DNA from: Candidatus Fervidifonticultor tertius
GTDB lineage: Bacteria > Sysuimicrobiota > Sysuimicrobiia > Sysuimicrobiales > Humicultoraceae
Length of the DNA stretch: 64,000 nt
Direction of reading: 5' to 3'
NCBI GenBank assembly: GCA_031459235.1
Contig: JAVKIY010000001.1
Coordinates: 56,708 to 120,707, forward strand
Below the pieces are notes generated by a model. It saw only the letters and a program-made list of their open reading frames with translations, had not been told where the DNA came from and made no database searches. Positions 39,299 through 50,535 of the stretch are shown here, piece after piece. The position numbers and the translations under genes are program-made. Positions within the stretch are counted from its first letter, which is position 1. Every line of letters starts with the position of its first letter.

Positions 39299-39517
39299 CT
39301 AGCGGACGAACACGAGCAGCCCGCCGGTGATCACGAAGAGCACAGCGACGCCCGCGGTGACGCGGGTCATCAGCGTCTCGCGCGGCCGCGGGCCGTGGAA
39401 CATGCGCGCGCTCCCGCCGATGGCCCCGAGGCCCTCGCCCTTCGGCCCCTGGAGCAGGATGACCCCGATCAGCGCGAGTGAGACGACGATGTGCACGATC
39501 AGGACGATCTCGTTCAC
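39299..39517 (-). CDS. secG: preprotein translocase subunit SecG
   Basis: 72 aa from GTG 39517 (RBS GGAGGG); IVLIVHIVVSLALIGVILLQGPKGEGLG...GG...LTRVTAGVAVLFVI matches SecG. Confidence 0.75.
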   Translation of the reverse strand: MNEIVLIVHIVVSLALIGVILLQGPKGEGLGAIGGSARMFHGPRPRETLMTRVTAGVAVLFVITGGLLVFVR

Positions 39518-39676
39518 GGCGGCACCCTCCGGAGCGCGTAGCCGGCGCGGTCGCGCGCCGGCCACGTGACAACATCTAAGGTTAGCACGAAATCTCCGCC
39601 GCCGCCAGACACGCTGCGGCGCTGGTGGATCTGTTTCGCCTCGAGCGGCGCGGTAGGCGGATCCGTTGTAAGCGGA

Positions 39677-40786
39677 CTACTCGACGCCCTCCGCGGTCTC
39701 CCGGACGAGCTGGTCCACGACGTCGTGCAGGTTCCCGGTTCGCCGGAAGGTGTCGAGTTGCCGGTCGGCGCTCGACCCTTCCTCGAGGATGCGCAGCGCG
39801 TAGGCCACCTCGCGGCGGCTGCCGAGCTCGTCCACCACGTCGTCTACGAACCACTCGACCAGCTCGCGAACCAGGTCGCGGGCGGGCAGCTCCTCGCGCC
39901 GGCCGAAGTCGATGAGCCGGCCATCCAGCCCGTAACGCACCGCGCGCCACTTGTTCTCCTCGATGAGCTCGGCCGGGTAGACGCGGAACGTCAGGTTGTC
40001 GCGCCGGAGCTTCCAGCATTTCGCGACGATCGCCTGGAAGAGCGCGGCCACGCAGACGGCCTCGTCCACCCGCGTGCAGACGTCGCAGATGCGGAACTCA
40101 AGCGTCGGGTAGTTCCAGTTGGGCCGCGCGTCCCACCAGATCTTGGTGCCGTCGGGGATGCTGCGGGTGCGGGCCAGCACCTCCACCATCGAGGCGTAGT
40201 CGGCCCACGACTGGAACACACGCGGGATGCCGGTGCGCGGGAAGTTGCGGAAGATGATGCTCCGGTACGACTTGAGCCCGGTGTTGCGCCCCATCCAGAA
40301 CGGGCTGCTGGTGGACAGGCAGAGCACGTGCGGCAGCAGGTAGCGGGCCACGTTCATCGCGTCGATCAGGAACTCGCGGTCCTCGATGCCGATGTGCACG
40401 TGGGTGCCGAAGATCAGGAGCTGCTGGGCGAGCTCCTGCATGTCCTCCTTCACGCCCAGGTAGCGCTCGTAGGGCGTGATCTCCTGGGTGAGCCAGGACG
40501 AGAAGGGGTGCGTGCCGGCGGCCGCGATCGCCAGGCCGTTGCGGCTTGCGGCGCGGCGGATCTCACGGCGCAGCCGCACCAGCTCCCCCCGGGCCTCCGC
40601 GGCGGTGCGGCACACGCGCGTGCCGATCTCGACGATCGACTGGTGGAGTTCGGGCTTCACCTGCTCGCGGAGCGCGATCGAGTCGCCCTGGAGAATCTCG
40701 GTGATGTAGCTCCGCAGCTCGCGCGTCTGCGGGTCGATGATCTGGTACTCTTCCTCGATGCCGATGGTCAGCGACGGGGGCTCCAC
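39677..40786 (-). CDS. carboxylate-amine ligase, glutamate-cysteine ligase family 2 (YbdK-like)
   Basis: 369 aa; LTIGIEEEYQIIDP start and GTHVHIGI motif typical of GCS2. Confidence 0.75.
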   Translation of the reverse strand: MEPPSLTIGIEEEYQIIDPQTRELRSYITEILQGDSIALREQVKPELHQSIVEIGTRVCRTAAEARGELVRLRREIRRAASRNGLAIAAAGTHPFSSWLTQEITPYERYLGVKEDMQELAQQLLIFGTHVHIGIEDREFLIDAMNVARYLLPHVLCLSTSSPFWMGRNTGLKSYRSIIFRNFPRTGIPRVFQSWADYASMVEVLARTRSIPDGTKIWWDARPNWNYPTLEFRICDVCTRVDEAVCVAALFQAIVAKCWKLRRDNLTFRVYPAELIEENKWRAVRYGLDGRLIDFGRREELPARDLVRELVEWFVDDVVDELGSRREVAYALRILEEGSSADRQLDTFRRTGNLHDVVDQLVRETAEGVE

Positions 40787-40790
40787 GGCC

Positions 40791-42140
40791 CTAGCGCGCC
40801 TCCACGACGAACGTCGCGGTCGTCGAGCCGCCGCCGGCGGTGACGTTGAGCAGCGGGGCGGTGGACAGCCGGGTCATGCACCCGTCGACGTACTCGCCGG
40901 CGTAGACGTAGGGGTTGGTGTCCAGCATCCGGTCCAGGAGCCGCAGGCGGCCGTCCACCAGGCTGGGGTAGGGTTCCCGCGGTACGGCCACGCGCTCCTG
41001 CACGACGGCCCCTTCGGCCATCGCCGCCAACACCGCCCGCTCCCAGTCGCCCGGAGCGGTCTCCCATCCGAGCACCACGCCCTTCCCGCCGTACTCGTCA
41101 TCGGGCTTCACCACGAAGCGCTCGCGCCGCTCCAGCACGAACGGGATGAGGTCCACCGGCCGTCCCGCGTACGTGGTCGCGCGCTCCTCCAGCCGCCGGG
41201 TCCACGGCACGTGCGCGGCGATGGCGCGGCGCTCCTCCGCGTCGAACACCCCGGCGTTGCGCTCGTCGGAGAGCACGGCCAGGCTCGCCTTCTTGTGGAG
41301 GATCTTGCAGCGAAAGGGGTTGACCATGCAGGCGGCGCCGTCGCGGACCGCGCGGATCACCGGGTGGTCCGCCCCGCCGCGCTCGACCAGCTCGCCGAGG
41401 AGCACGCGCTTGTAGATCAGGTCGGCGGGCCGGCCCTCGACGACGAGGCGGCCGTCGCGATACTCGGCGGTCCGCGGGTCGCCGATGAAGCTGTCCAGAC
41501 CCGCTGCGCGGAAGTACTCGTCGAAGAGCACGAACTCGCTGTAGGTGGGCACCTCGCGCCAGTCGAGGATGACGATGCGGGGCGCGCGGCCCGCTCCGGC
41601 CCACCGCCGGTAGGCGTCGAGCAGCGCGTGCAGCAGGTGGGGCCGCCCGGGCAGCGGCCGCACGTCGAAGCGCCGCAGGAACGCGCGCATGACCGGCAGG
41701 GTGTAGAAGATCTCGGCCAGCGCGTCGGCGTAGGCAATCGCGGCCGGCGTCTCCGCGTTGTACTCGGTGAGCGCCAGCACCCCGTCCGGCGCCAGGAAGC
41801 CGTCGAGCCGCGCGGTCGGACTCGGCGCGGGGAAGCCCGGGTCGGTGGCCAGGAGCGCCTCCTCCCACTCACGCAGGCCGAACTGCCGCCGGAACGCCGG
41901 GTCGGCCATCGCCGCCTCGTGGGCCCGGGCCAGGGCGCGCAAGAGCGGGCGCAGCCCGGTGCGCATGGCCCGGTACTGCTCGACCGTGAGGAACCGGGGG
42001 CGCAGCACCGTGCACAGCGCGCGCTCGCCGAAGAACAGACCGCGCCGCCGCAGGGCGTCGTCCAGCGCGGCCTGTGAGGCGGCCGCGAGATCGTCGGTCA
42101 GGAGGTCGTGGTAGACCGCGACGGCGTCGCCGGGGGACAC
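40791..42140 (-). CDS. circularly permuted ATP-grasp type 2 protein
   Basis: 449 aa; architecture and motifs (LTEYNAETPAAIAY, VVKPDDEYGGKGVVLG, NPYVYAGEYVDG) recalled for the CP-ATP-grasp_2 family; 5 bp from the GCS2 gene. Confidence 0.65.
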   Translation of the reverse strand: MSPGDAVAVYHDLLTDDLAAASQAALDDALRRRGLFFGERALCTVLRPRFLTVEQYRAMRTGLRPLLRALARAHEAAMADPAFRRQFGLREWEEALLATDPGFPAPSPTARLDGFLAPDGVLALTEYNAETPAAIAYADALAEIFYTLPVMRAFLRRFDVRPLPGRPHLLHALLDAYRRWAGAGRAPRIVILDWREVPTYSEFVLFDEYFRAAGLDSFIGDPRTAEYRDGRLVVEGRPADLIYKRVLLGELVERGGADHPVIRAVRDGAACMVNPFRCKILHKKASLAVLSDERNAGVFDAEERRAIAAHVPWTRRLEERATTYAGRPVDLIPFVLERRERFVVKPDDEYGGKGVVLGWETAPGDWERAVLAAMAEGAVVQERVAVPREPYPSLVDGRLRLLDRMLDTNPYVYAGEYVDGCMTRLSTAPLLNVTAGGGSTTATFVVEAR

Positions 42141-42155
42141 GATGCCCCCGGGATT

Positions 42156-42932
42156 CTAAGGCGCCCCGGAAGAGTCCTTCGTGGCGACCGCCCAGACGAT
42201 GCGCGCGAACGCGTCGGCATCGAGGCTGGCGCCGCCCACGAGCGCACCGTCCACCTCGGGCTGCGCGGCAAACTCGCCGATCGTCTCTGGGGTCACGCTG
42301 CCGCCGTAGAGGATGCGGATCGCCTCGGCCGCCTCGCCGAACCACTCGCGGAGCCAGCCCCGCAGCAGCCCGGCCACGCGTCCGGCCTCGGCGCCAGTGG
42401 CGGGCCTTCCGGTTCCGATGGCCCACACCGGCTCATAGGCGATGACGAGCTGGCCGGCCTGGTCGGGCGGCACGTCGAGCGTCGCGATACGGACCTGCGT
42501 CTGCACGACCCGCTCGGTGCGGCCGCCGTCGCGCTCCTCCAGCGACTCGCCCACGCACAGGATGGGGATAAGCTCGTGCGCGAGCGCGGCGGCTACCTTG
42601 CGGCGCACGGTCTCGTCGTCCTCGCCGAGCAGGTGCCGTCGCTCGGAGTGGCCCACGATCACGTACGTGCAGCCCAGGTCCCACAGCATGGGCGCGGAGA
42701 TCTCACCCGTGAACGCGCCGTGGGACTCCCAGTGGACGTCCTGCGCGCCGAGCTCGATCGGCGAGCCGGCCAGCGTGCGGCCGACCTCGGCCAGCGCGGT
42801 GAAGGGCGGGCAGACGACGACGTCGGCACCGTCCGCGGCCGCCAGCCGGTCGCGCACCCCGGCCGCCAGGTCGTGCGCCTCGCGCACAGTCGTGTGCATC
42901 TTCCAGTTCCCGGCCACCAGCCGTGTCCGCAT
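42156..42932 (-). CDS. tpiA: triose-phosphate isomerase
   Basis: 258 aa; AGNWKMH, VGHSERR, AYEPVWAIGTG. Confidence 0.9.
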   Translation of the reverse strand: MRTRLVAGNWKMHTTVREAHDLAAGVRDRLAAADGADVVVCPPFTALAEVGRTLAGSPIELGAQDVHWESHGAFTGEISAPMLWDLGCTYVIVGHSERRHLLGEDDETVRRKVAAALAHELIPILCVGESLEERDGGRTERVVQTQVRIATLDVPPDQAGQLVIAYEPVWAIGTGRPATGAEAGRVAGLLRGWLREWFGEAAEAIRILYGGSVTPETIGEFAAQPEVDGALVGGASLDADAFARIVWAVATKDSSGAP

Positions 42933-42952
42933 GCGCCCTCCGCGCTCGTCTC

Positions 42953-44137
42953 TCAGACGTCCTGCAGGACCGCCACGCCGGGCAGCTCGCGTCCCTCGAG
43001 GAACTCGAGCGACGCGCCGCCCCCGGTGGAGATGTGCGTCATCCGGTCCGCCAGGCCGAACTCTTCGACGGCCGCGGCGGTGTCTCCGCCACCCACGACC
43101 GTGACCGCGGACGACGCCGCCATCGCCTCGGCGACCGCGCGCGTGCCGGCGGCGAAGGCCGGCACCTCGAAGACCCCCATCGGGCCGTTCCACAGCACGG
43201 TGCCCGCGCGCGCGATGACCGCGGCGAACGCGGCGGCGGTCCGGGGACCGATGTCCACGCCTCGCATGTGCGCGGGGATCGCATCGGCGGGGACCACCTG
43301 CGCGTCCGCGCCCCCGGCGGGGTCGGTCGTGACCACCACGTCGTGGGGTAGCTCGAACGCCACCCCGCGCGCCGCGGCCGTGGCCAGGAACTCCCCGGCC
43401 ATCGGCAGGTGCTCTGGGTCCAGGATCGAGCCGCCGATCTCGTAGCCCCGCGCGCGCAGGAACGTGTAGGCCATGCCGCCGCCGACGAGCAGCGCGTCGG
43501 CGCGGGTGAGCAGGTTGCGGATCACCGCGATCTTGTCCGAGACCTTCTTCCCGCCCAAGATCGCCACGAACGGCCGCGCCGGCGCGTCCAGCGCCCGTCC
43601 GAGGTACGCCAGCTCCTTCTCCATCAGGAAGCCGGCCACCGCCGGCAGGTACGCGGCCACACCCGCGGTCGAGGCGTGCGCGCGGTGGGCCGTGCCGAAG
43701 GCGTCGTTCACGTAGAGGTCGGCCAGGCGCGCGAGCCGGCGCGCAAAAGCCGGGTCGTTCGCCTCCTCCTCCGGGTGGAAGCGCAGGTTCTCGAGCAGCA
43801 CCACGCTCCCGGGGGCGAGCGCGGCCACCGCCGCCTCCACCTCGGGGCCCACGCAGTCCGGCAGCAGCGGGACCGGCCGGCCGAGCAGCGCGCCGAGGCG
43901 CGCGGCCACCGGCGCCAGGCTCAGCGCCGGGTCGGGCTTCCCGCCCGGCCGCCCCAGGTGCGAGCAGAGCACGGCGGTGACGCCGTGCTCGAGCAGGTAG
44001 CGGATCGTCGGCAGAGCCTCGCGGATGCGGCGGTCGTCGCCGACGGCGCCGTCCTCCATCGGCACGTTGAAGTCGACGCGCACGAGCGCGCGCCGACCGC
44101 GCAGGTCGACGTCCCGGATCGTCTTCTTGGCCCTCAT
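42953..44137 (-). CDS. pgk: phosphoglycerate kinase
   Basis: 394 aa; [26 protein letters not shown]. Confidence 0.95.
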   Translation of the reverse strand: MRAKKTIRDVDLRGRRALVRVDFNVPMEDGAVGDDRRIREALPTIRYLLEHGVTAVLCSHLGRPGGKPDPALSLAPVAARLGALLGRPVPLLPDCVGPEVEAAVAALAPGSVVLLENLRFHPEEEANDPAFARRLARLADLYVNDAFGTAHRAHASTAGVAAYLPAVAGFLMEKELAYLGRALDAPARPFVAILGGKKVSDKIAVIRNLLTRADALLVGGGMAYTFLRARGYEIGGSILDPEHLPMAGEFLATAAARGVAFELPHDVVVTTDPAGGADAQVVPADAIPAHMRGVDIGPRTAAAFAAVIARAGTVLWNGPMGVFEVPAFAAGTRAVAEAMAASSAVTVVGGGDTAAAVEEFGLADRMTHISTGGGASLEFLEGRELPGVAVLQDV

Positions 44138-44172
44138 GCCGTACTCCTCACCGTCGGGACCGGCCGCTCGCG

Positions 44173-44206
44173 CCGGGGGCCGCGGGCGGACGCCCGCGGC
44201 CCCCGG
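44173..44206 (-). promoter_or_regulatory. perfect 16 bp GC inverted repeat (34 nt palindrome) in the gap-pgk intercistronic spacer
   Basis: CCGGGGGCCGCGGGCG ga CGCCCGCGGCCCCCGG read directly; very stable stem-loop on the gap-pgk-tpi transcript. Confidence 0.45.
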
Positions 44207-44219
44207 CGACGGCGTCGGC

Positions 44220-45227
44220 CTAACCGCGTTCCGCCATGTAGTGCACCAGATCGGCCACGCGGCACGCGTAACCCCACTCGTTGTCGTACCAGGTCATGAC
44301 CTTGGCCAGGCCGTCGATCACCTGCGTGAGCGGGCCGTCCACCACACCGGACCGCGGATCGCCCTTGAAATCCATCGAGACGAGCGGCGCCTCGCTGTAG
44401 CCCAGGTAGCCCTTCATCTCGCCCTCGGCCGCCTCCTTGAAGGCGGCGTTGAGCTCCTCGGCCGTCGCCGTCTTCTCCAGGTCCACCGTGAGGTCCACGA
44501 TGGACACCGTGGGGGTCGGCACGCGCAGCGCGATGCCCGTGAGCTTGCCGCGGAGCTCCGGAAGCACCAGGAAGATGGCGCGCGCGGCGCCGGTGCTGGC
44601 CGGGATGATGTTGAGCGCCGCGGCGCGCGCCTCGCGCAGGTCGTCGCTCACCACGTCGAGGATGCGCTGGGTGTTCGTGTACGAGTGGACGGTCGTCATG
44701 TGTCCGCGCCGGATGCCGAACCGCCGGCTCAGCACCTTCGCGGTGACCGAGAGACCGTTGGTCGTGCAGGACCCGTTGCTCACGATCACGTGGCGCGCGG
44801 GGTCGTAGTGCTCGTGGTTGACCCCCATGTTCAGCGTGATGTCCTCGCCCTTGGCCGGCGCGCTGATGACGACCTTCTGCGCGCCCCCCTGGAGATGCCC
44901 CTTCGCCTTCTCCGCCGCGGTGAACCGGCCGGTGGACTCGACGACGATTTCGGCACCGGCCTTCCCCCACGGGATGGCGGCCGGGTCGCGCTCCGCGAAC
45001 ACCATGATCTCGCGCCCGTCCACGACCAGCCGGCCGTCGCTGGTTCCCACCGTACCGGGATACGCGCCGTAGTTCGAGTCATGGGCGAACAGGTGGGCGT
45101 TGGTCTGGAGATCGGCGATGTCGTTGATCGCGGTGACCTCGATCGCCCCGGGATAGCGCTGGCGCATCGCCCGCAGCGTTAGGCGGCCGATGCGGCCGAA
45201 CCCGTTGATGCCGACCCGCACGGACAT
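44220..45227 (-). CDS. gap: type I glyceraldehyde-3-phosphate dehydrogenase
   Basis: 335 aa; [17 protein letters not shown] active-site Cys. Confidence 0.95.
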   Translation of the reverse strand: MSVRVGINGFGRIGRLTLRAMRQRYPGAIEVTAINDIADLQTNAHLFAHDSNYGAYPGTVGTSDGRLVVDGREIMVFAERDPAAIPWGKAGAEIVVESTGRFTAAEKAKGHLQGGAQKVVISAPAKGEDITLNMGVNHEHYDPARHVIVSNGSCTTNGLSVTAKVLSRRFGIRRGHMTTVHSYTNTQRILDVVSDDLREARAAALNIIPASTGAARAIFLVLPELRGKLTGIALRVPTPTVSIVDLTVDLEKTATAEELNAAFKEAAEGEMKGYLGYSEAPLVSMDFKGDPRSGVVDGPLTQVIDGLAKVMTWYDNEWGYACRVADLVHYMAERG

Positions 45228-45231
45228 TGAT

Positions 45232-45579
45232 CTACCTCCCGAGCTTCAGATAGTGCGTCAGCACGTCGCGCCGGATGAAGCCCACGTTGTCGAAGATGCG
45301 GATGGAGAAGGCGATGACCGCACCCAGGTAGATGTCGAGGCCCAGCAGGTCGCCGATCCCGGTCAGCAGCGCGGCGAACGCGGCGTTCACCACGAACCCG
45401 GACAAAAAGATACCGAGGTCGAAACGGTCCTCCACCTGCGCGCGCAGCCCGCCCAAGATCGTATCGATGGCGGCCAGGATCATGATCGCCGTGTACTTGA
45501 CGTACCCGAGCGGGATCTCGACCGAGAAGAGGAAGCCCAGGGCGACGCCCAGGAACAGGCCGACGACGGGAAGCCACAT
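45232..45579 (-). CDS. small basic membrane protein (DUF1290, Sbp-like)
   Basis: 115 aa, 3-4 TM, MWLPVVGLFLGVALGF; conserved partner of DUF881. Confidence 0.55.
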   Translation of the reverse strand: MWLPVVGLFLGVALGFLFSVEIPLGYVKYTAIMILAAIDTILGGLRAQVEDRFDLGIFLSGFVVNAAFAALLTGIGDLLGLDIYLGAVIAFSIRIFDNVGFIRRDVLTHYLKLGR

Positions 45580-45585
45580 GGCCGT

Positions 45586-46356
45586 CTACTCCTTCTCGCT
45601 GACTCCAGCATACTCGAACCGGAAGGTGCCGCGGTAGGGCGGCACCTCGACCCGGGGGTAGGCGGCCAGCCGGACGGGGAAGTCGAAGGCGGCCAGCAAC
45701 TCGATAGCGCCGCCGGGCCGGCGCAGGTACGCGGTCAGCCGCGCCCGGTCGCCGATGGCGGTGATGACATACGGCGGGGCCATGCGCTTGGTGTTGCACA
45801 GGATGGTCGTGCCCACGCAGTTGATGCCCGTGCTCGAGATGACGCGCTCGCCGTTGAGCGCGACCGCCTCGGCGCCGGCGGCCCACAACTCGGCGACCAC
45901 CGCGGCAATATCGGTGTAGTGCAGGATGGTCTTGTTGGGGTCCTCGCCGGCCCGGGGCGGGCGCGTGCTGTCGTTCATCGTGACCACGACCCCGGGGCCT
46001 TCGAGTTCCGTGAGCCCCACGCGTGCCCGCAGCTCCTGCAGCTGACGGCTCAGGCGCACCGCGGCGGTCCGCCCCTCGGCGGCGGCGCGCTCGTACTCGG
46101 CCAGGCGCACGCGCAGCTCGCCCACCTGGCCCTCGAGCGCGGTCCGGCGGCGCTCCTGCTCGCGGAGCTCGAACGCCAGCTCCTCCAGCCGGGTGGACGG
46201 GATGCGCAGCGCGCGGCGGATCTGCCACTCGGTGCGGATCTGGGTGACGGCCAGGAACCCCGCCAGCGCCAGCAGCACGGCCATCGCCGCGCCCCACCGC
46301 CCCGGCTGCGCCCGCGACGCGGGCGGCGAGGGGCCGGTGGCGCGGCGGTCAGGCAT
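45586..46356 (-). CDS. DUF881 family protein (YlxW-like)
   Basis: 256 aa; N-terminal TM, coiled coil, C-terminal region (NCVGTTILCNTKRMAPPYVITAIGD) typical of DUF881. Confidence 0.6.
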   Translation of the reverse strand: MPDRRATGPSPPASRAQPGRWGAAMAVLLALAGFLAVTQIRTEWQIRRALRIPSTRLEELAFELREQERRRTALEGQVGELRVRLAEYERAAAEGRTAAVRLSRQLQELRARVGLTELEGPGVVVTMNDSTRPPRAGEDPNKTILHYTDIAAVVAELWAAGAEAVALNGERVISSTGINCVGTTILCNTKRMAPPYVITAIGDRARLTAYLRRPGGAIELLAAFDFPVRLAAYPRVEVPPYRGTFRFEYAGVSEKE

Positions 46357-46990
46357 CCGCGGCCTTCGCCTCGAGCTTCTTCTTGATGCGCTTGAGCCGG
46401 AAGACGTCCTCGCGCGCGCGCTGCTCGAGGACCGACGAGATGTACCGTGTCTCGCCGCGCAGGCGCGGGATGACCACCTGCTCCAGGGCGTTGACGCGCC
46501 GGGTGGTCTTCTTGATCTCCTCGCCGATCTTCCGGAGCTTGATCTCGGTGGCCGCCACGGCCAGGATCGCGGCCACTACCTCTTCGAAGTTGGCGGCGCT
46601 CTCGATCGTGCGCGCACTGGTGGCGACGGGGTTCTGGCCCCGCTCGAGGGCCTGCCGGCGTACCGGCACCACCGCGACCTCGGGGATCTTGGTGCCCCAC
46701 ACGTTGCGCACCTCGATGTCGATGAGCAGGTCGCGCCGGGCAGGGATAGCGGCCGCCTCGAGTGCCTCGCGGCCCTCGACCGCTTTCGCCACCGCCAGCA
46801 GGACGTAGGCGTCGCGGCACGCCGCCGCGAGCTGGTCGCGGGCCGCCAGCGACTGCCGGACGATCTTGAAGAAGTCGGCCACCAGCGCGTCCCGCTTGCG
46901 CTTGAGCAGATCGACGCCCTGCTGCGCGACGCGCAGCTGGTTGCGCCGCTGCAGCAGGTTCATGCGGGTCGGGCTGATGACCTCGGCCAT
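46349..46990 (-). CDS. atpD: V/A-type ATP synthase subunit D
   Basis: 213 aa; MNLLQRRNQLRVAQQGVDLLKRKRDAL start is characteristic. Confidence 0.85.
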   Translation of the reverse strand: MAEVISPTRMNLLQRRNQLRVAQQGVDLLKRKRDALVADFFKIVRQSLAARDQLAAACRDAYVLLAVAKAVEGREALEAAAIPARRDLLIDIEVRNVWGTKIPEVAVVPVRRQALERGQNPVATSARTIESAANFEEVVAAILAVAATEIKLRKIGEEIKKTTRRVNALEQVVIPRLRGETRYISSVLEQRAREDVFRLKRIKKKLEAKAADA

Positions 46991-47017
46991 GCGCGTGCTC
47001 CTCTCGCCCCCGGGCGC

Positions 47018-48433
47018 CTAGCGGGTCGAGCGATCCTCCCAGAGCTTCTCCATCTGCTCGCCGAAGTAGTACCGGTCCACGTGGTCCTGCTTGATGCGCT
47101 TGAGCTCGCCGCGCGGGAAGTGCGAGAGCAGCCGCCAGCCGGTGGCCAGGGTCTCCTCGATCGTCCGGTCGGTCTGGCCCTGCCCGATGAACTCGCGCTC
47201 GAACTCCTCGGCGAACTTCAGGTAGAGGCGGTCGCGCTCGGTGAGCGCCTCCTCGCCGATGATCGCGACCAGGCGCCGGAGGTCCACGCCGTTGGCGTAG
47301 GAGGCGAAGAGCTGGTCCTTGACATTGGAGTGGTCGGCGCGCGTGCGCCCCTCGCCGATGCCGTCGTTCATCAGCCGCGACAGGCTGGGCAGCGGGTTGA
47401 TCGGGGGGTAGATGCCGTTGCGGTGGAGCGCGCGGCTCAGCACGATCTGCCCCTCGGTGATGTAGCCGGTCAGGTCGGGGATGGGGTGCGTGATGTCGTC
47501 GTCGGGCATGGTGAGGATCGGAAGCTGGGTGATCGAGCCCTTGCGGCCCAGCACGCGGCCAGCGCGCTCGTAGATCGTCGCAAGGTCGGTGTACATGTAG
47601 CCGGGGTAGCCGCGCCGGCCCGGGATCTCCTCGCGTGCGGCGCCGATCTCACGAAGCGCTTCGCAGTAATTCGTCATGTCCGTGAGGATCACCAGCACCT
47701 GCATGTCGAGCTCGAACGCCAGGTACTCCGCGGTCGTCAGGGCCATCCGCGGCGTCAGCAGCCGCTCGATCGCGGGGTCGTCGGCCAAATTGAGGAACAC
47801 GACGCTGCGCGCGAGCGCGCCGGTCGCCTCGAACTGCTCGATGAAGTAGGCGGCCTCGCGCTGCGTGATCCCCATGGCCGCGAACACGACCGAGAACTCC
47901 TCCGCGGCGCCGAGCACCTTCGCCTGGCGCGCGATCTGCGCCGCGATCTCGTTGTGGGGCAGGCCGGCGCCGGAGAAGATCGGCAGCTTCTGGCCGCGCA
48001 CGAGCGTGTTGAGCCCGTCGATGGTCGAGATGCCGGTCTGGATGAACTCCTTGGGTCGCTCGCGGGCCACCGGGTTGATCGGCGAGCCCACGATCGGCAG
48101 CCGCTTCTCGGGGATGATCGGGGGGAGCCCGTCGATGGGCTCGCCCAGGCCGCTGAACCGCCGGCCGATCATCTCCCGCGAGACGCCGATGCGCGCCACG
48201 TCCTCGCGCAGGCTCACCGAGGTCCGCGCCAGGTCCAGCCCGGCGGTCTCCTCGAACACCTGGATAACCGCGTTCCGCTCGGAGACCTCAATGACCTGGC
48301 CGCCGCGCACCCCGCCGTCGGGCAAGTGGATGTTGACGATCGCGCCGTAGGCCAGGTCCTGCGCGCCCTCGACGAACAGCAGGGGCCCCGAGATGTAGGA
48401 AATCGACTGGTACTGCTTGGTGGCCAGCGACAT
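47018..48433 (-). CDS. atpB: V/A-type ATP synthase subunit B
   Basis: 471 aa non-catalytic subunit; [21 protein letters not shown]. Confidence 0.95.
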   Translation of the reverse strand: MSLATKQYQSISYISGPLLFVEGAQDLAYGAIVNIHLPDGGVRGGQVIEVSERNAVIQVFEETAGLDLARTSVSLREDVARIGVSREMIGRRFSGLGEPIDGLPPIIPEKRLPIVGSPINPVARERPKEFIQTGISTIDGLNTLVRGQKLPIFSGAGLPHNEIAAQIARQAKVLGAAEEFSVVFAAMGITQREAAYFIEQFEATGALARSVVFLNLADDPAIERLLTPRMALTTAEYLAFELDMQVLVILTDMTNYCEALREIGAAREEIPGRRGYPGYMYTDLATIYERAGRVLGRKGSITQLPILTMPDDDITHPIPDLTGYITEGQIVLSRALHRNGIYPPINPLPSLSRLMNDGIGEGRTRADHSNVKDQLFASYANGVDLRRLVAIIGEEALTERDRLYLKFAEEFEREFIGQGQTDRTIEETLATGWRLLSHFPRGELKRIKQDHVDRYYFGEQMEKLWEDRSTR

Positions 48434-48437
48434 GGCC

Positions 48438-50198
48438 CTACGCTCCTTCCGCCGCGGCCTTCGCGCCGAAGGCCTCCGGCAGCCGCGTCATCCACGCGTC
48501 GATGTACGCCTTGAACCGATCGTTGGGCACTTCCTTCATGCGGGCGATCTCCTCGAGCTGCGGCAGGTTGAGGATCTCGTCCATGAGCATGCCGCGCCGG
48601 AGCGCCGCGGATGCCTCGTCGTAGAACGTCAGGATCGCCCGGAGCATCCCGTACGCCTTCTCCAGCGAGCAGTACGCGTCCACCTCGGAGAACGACGACT
48701 GCTGGAGGAAGTCCTCGCGCAGCATCTTACCGGCCTCGATGATCAGCCGTTGATCGTCCTGGAGCGCGTCGGGACCCACGAGCTGCACGATCTCCTGGAG
48801 CTCCGCCTCGCGCTGCAACAACGCCGAGGCGCGGTCGCGCAGCACGGTAAAGTCCTCGGGCATGTTGTCCCGGTACCAGTCGCGGAACAACGGCATGTAG
48901 AGGCTATAGGACCGCAGCCAGTGAATCGCCGGGAAGTGGCGACGGTTCGCCAGGCCGGCGTCCAGGGACCAGAACGTGCCGGTGATGCGCAACGTTGCCT
49001 GCGTCACAGGTTCGGAGAGGTCGCCGCCCGGCGGCGAAACCGCGCCGATGACCGTGACCGACCCGTTGCGCTCCGGCGCGCCCAGGCAGACGGCGCGGCC
49101 GGCGCGCTCGTAGAACGCGGCCAAGCGGCTCGACAGGTAGGGTGGGTAGCCCTCCTCGGCGGGCATCTCCTCCAGCCGGGAGGAGATCTCCCGCATCGCC
49201 TCGGCCCAGCGGCTCGTGGAGTCCGCCATCAGGGCGACCTTGTAGCCCTGGTCGCGCCAGTACTCGGCCATGGTGATGCCGGTGTAGACCGAGGCCTCGC
49301 GCGCGGCCACCGGCATGTTGGACGTGTTGGCGATGATGATCGTCCGCTCCATCAGCGGCCGGCCGCTGCGCGGGTCCTCCAGCTCCGGGAACTCGTCGAG
49401 CACGTGTGTCATCTCATTGCCGCGCTCGCCGCACCCCACGTAGATGATCACGTCGGCGTTCGACCACTTGGCCAGCGTCTGCTGCATGACCGTCTTGCCC
49501 GATCCGAACGGGCCGGGGATGGCCGCCGCGCCGCCCATGGCCACGGGGAACAGCACGTCGATGATCCGCTGCCCGGAGATGAACGGCTCGCGCGGATCGA
49601 GCTTGCGCGCGACCGGCCGCGCGGTCCGCACCGGCCAGGTATGCGCCAGGCGCAGCTCGGTCCCGTCGGCGAGCCGCGCGATGACCTCCTCCACGGTGAC
49701 CTCGCCGGCGCGGATCTCCGCGAGACGGCCGCCGCGGACGTCCGGGGGTACCATGATCCGGTGCTCGAACCCGAACTCGCGCACCACGCCGAGGGTGTCG
49801 CCAGGCCCGAGTGCGGCGCCCTGCTGCACGCGCGGCTCGAATGCCCACCGCTTCTCGCGGTCGAGCGCACGGGCCGCGGCCCCGCGCGCGATGAAGTCGC
49901 CGGTCTGGCTCCGCACGCTCTGGAGCGGCCGCTGGATGCCGTCGTAGATGCCGGTCAGCAGGCCGGGCCCGAGCTCGAGCGAGAGCGGCGCGCCGGTGCT
50001 GGTCGCGGGCTCACCCACCCGGAGTCCCGAGGTGTCCTCGTAGACCTGGATGAACGCATCGGGGCCGTCCAGGCGGATGATCTCGCCCAGCAGGCCCTCG
50101 CTCCCGACGCGGACCAGGTCGTACATGCGCGCGCCCGGGATGCCGCGCGCGATGACCGCCGGCCCCGCGATACGGATGATCGTGCCCTGGCTCGACAT
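48438..50198 (-). CDS. atpA: V/A-type ATP synthase catalytic subunit A
   Basis: 586 aa; GPFGSGKT P-loop and non-homologous insert region. Confidence 0.95.
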   Translation of the reverse strand: MSSQGTIIRIAGPAVIARGIPGARMYDLVRVGSEGLLGEIIRLDGPDAFIQVYEDTSGLRVGEPATSTGAPLSLELGPGLLTGIYDGIQRPLQSVRSQTGDFIARGAAARALDREKRWAFEPRVQQGAALGPGDTLGVVREFGFEHRIMVPPDVRGGRLAEIRAGEVTVEEVIARLADGTELRLAHTWPVRTARPVARKLDPREPFISGQRIIDVLFPVAMGGAAAIPGPFGSGKTVMQQTLAKWSNADVIIYVGCGERGNEMTHVLDEFPELEDPRSGRPLMERTIIIANTSNMPVAAREASVYTGITMAEYWRDQGYKVALMADSTSRWAEAMREISSRLEEMPAEEGYPPYLSSRLAAFYERAGRAVCLGAPERNGSVTVIGAVSPPGGDLSEPVTQATLRITGTFWSLDAGLANRRHFPAIHWLRSYSLYMPLFRDWYRDNMPEDFTVLRDRASALLQREAELQEIVQLVGPDALQDDQRLIIEAGKMLREDFLQQSSFSEVDAYCSLEKAYGMLRAILTFYDEASAALRRGMLMDEILNLPQLEEIARMKEVPNDRFKAYIDAWMTRLPEAFGAKAAAEGA

Positions 50199-50217
50199 GC
50201 CGGTCCCTCCGATGCCG

Positions 50218-50535
50218 CTACCGCAGCTTCACGTAGAACCCGATGTGCTCCTTGACCAGCCGGGCGACGTACGCCTCGCCGCTCTCGATCTCGGCCTGCG
50301 GCGCCGGGACCGGGACGATGATCGGGAGGTCGCGGCCGCGCAGCAGCCGGGCCCGCTCGTCCTCCGTGCCCTCGAGCAACCGCTCGTTGATGGCGATCAG
50401 GCCGTAGTCGAGCGAGACGAAGTGGCGCAGGTGCTCCAGCGCCTCCTGCGGGGTGGCGGCCTCGCGGACCTCCACGCCCGCCAGCCGGAAGCCTGTGGCG
50501 CTCTCGCTGTCCGTGACGACCGCCAGCCTATACAC
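50218..50535 (-). CDS. atpF: V/A-type ATP synthase subunit F
   Basis: 105 aa; position between C and A and typical sequence ([20 protein letters not shown]). Confidence 0.7.
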   Translation of the reverse strand: MYRLAVVTDSESATGFRLAGVEVREAATPQEALEHLRHFVSLDYGLIAINERLLEGTEDERARLLRGRDLPIIVPVPAPQAEIESGEAYVARLVKEHIGFYVKLR

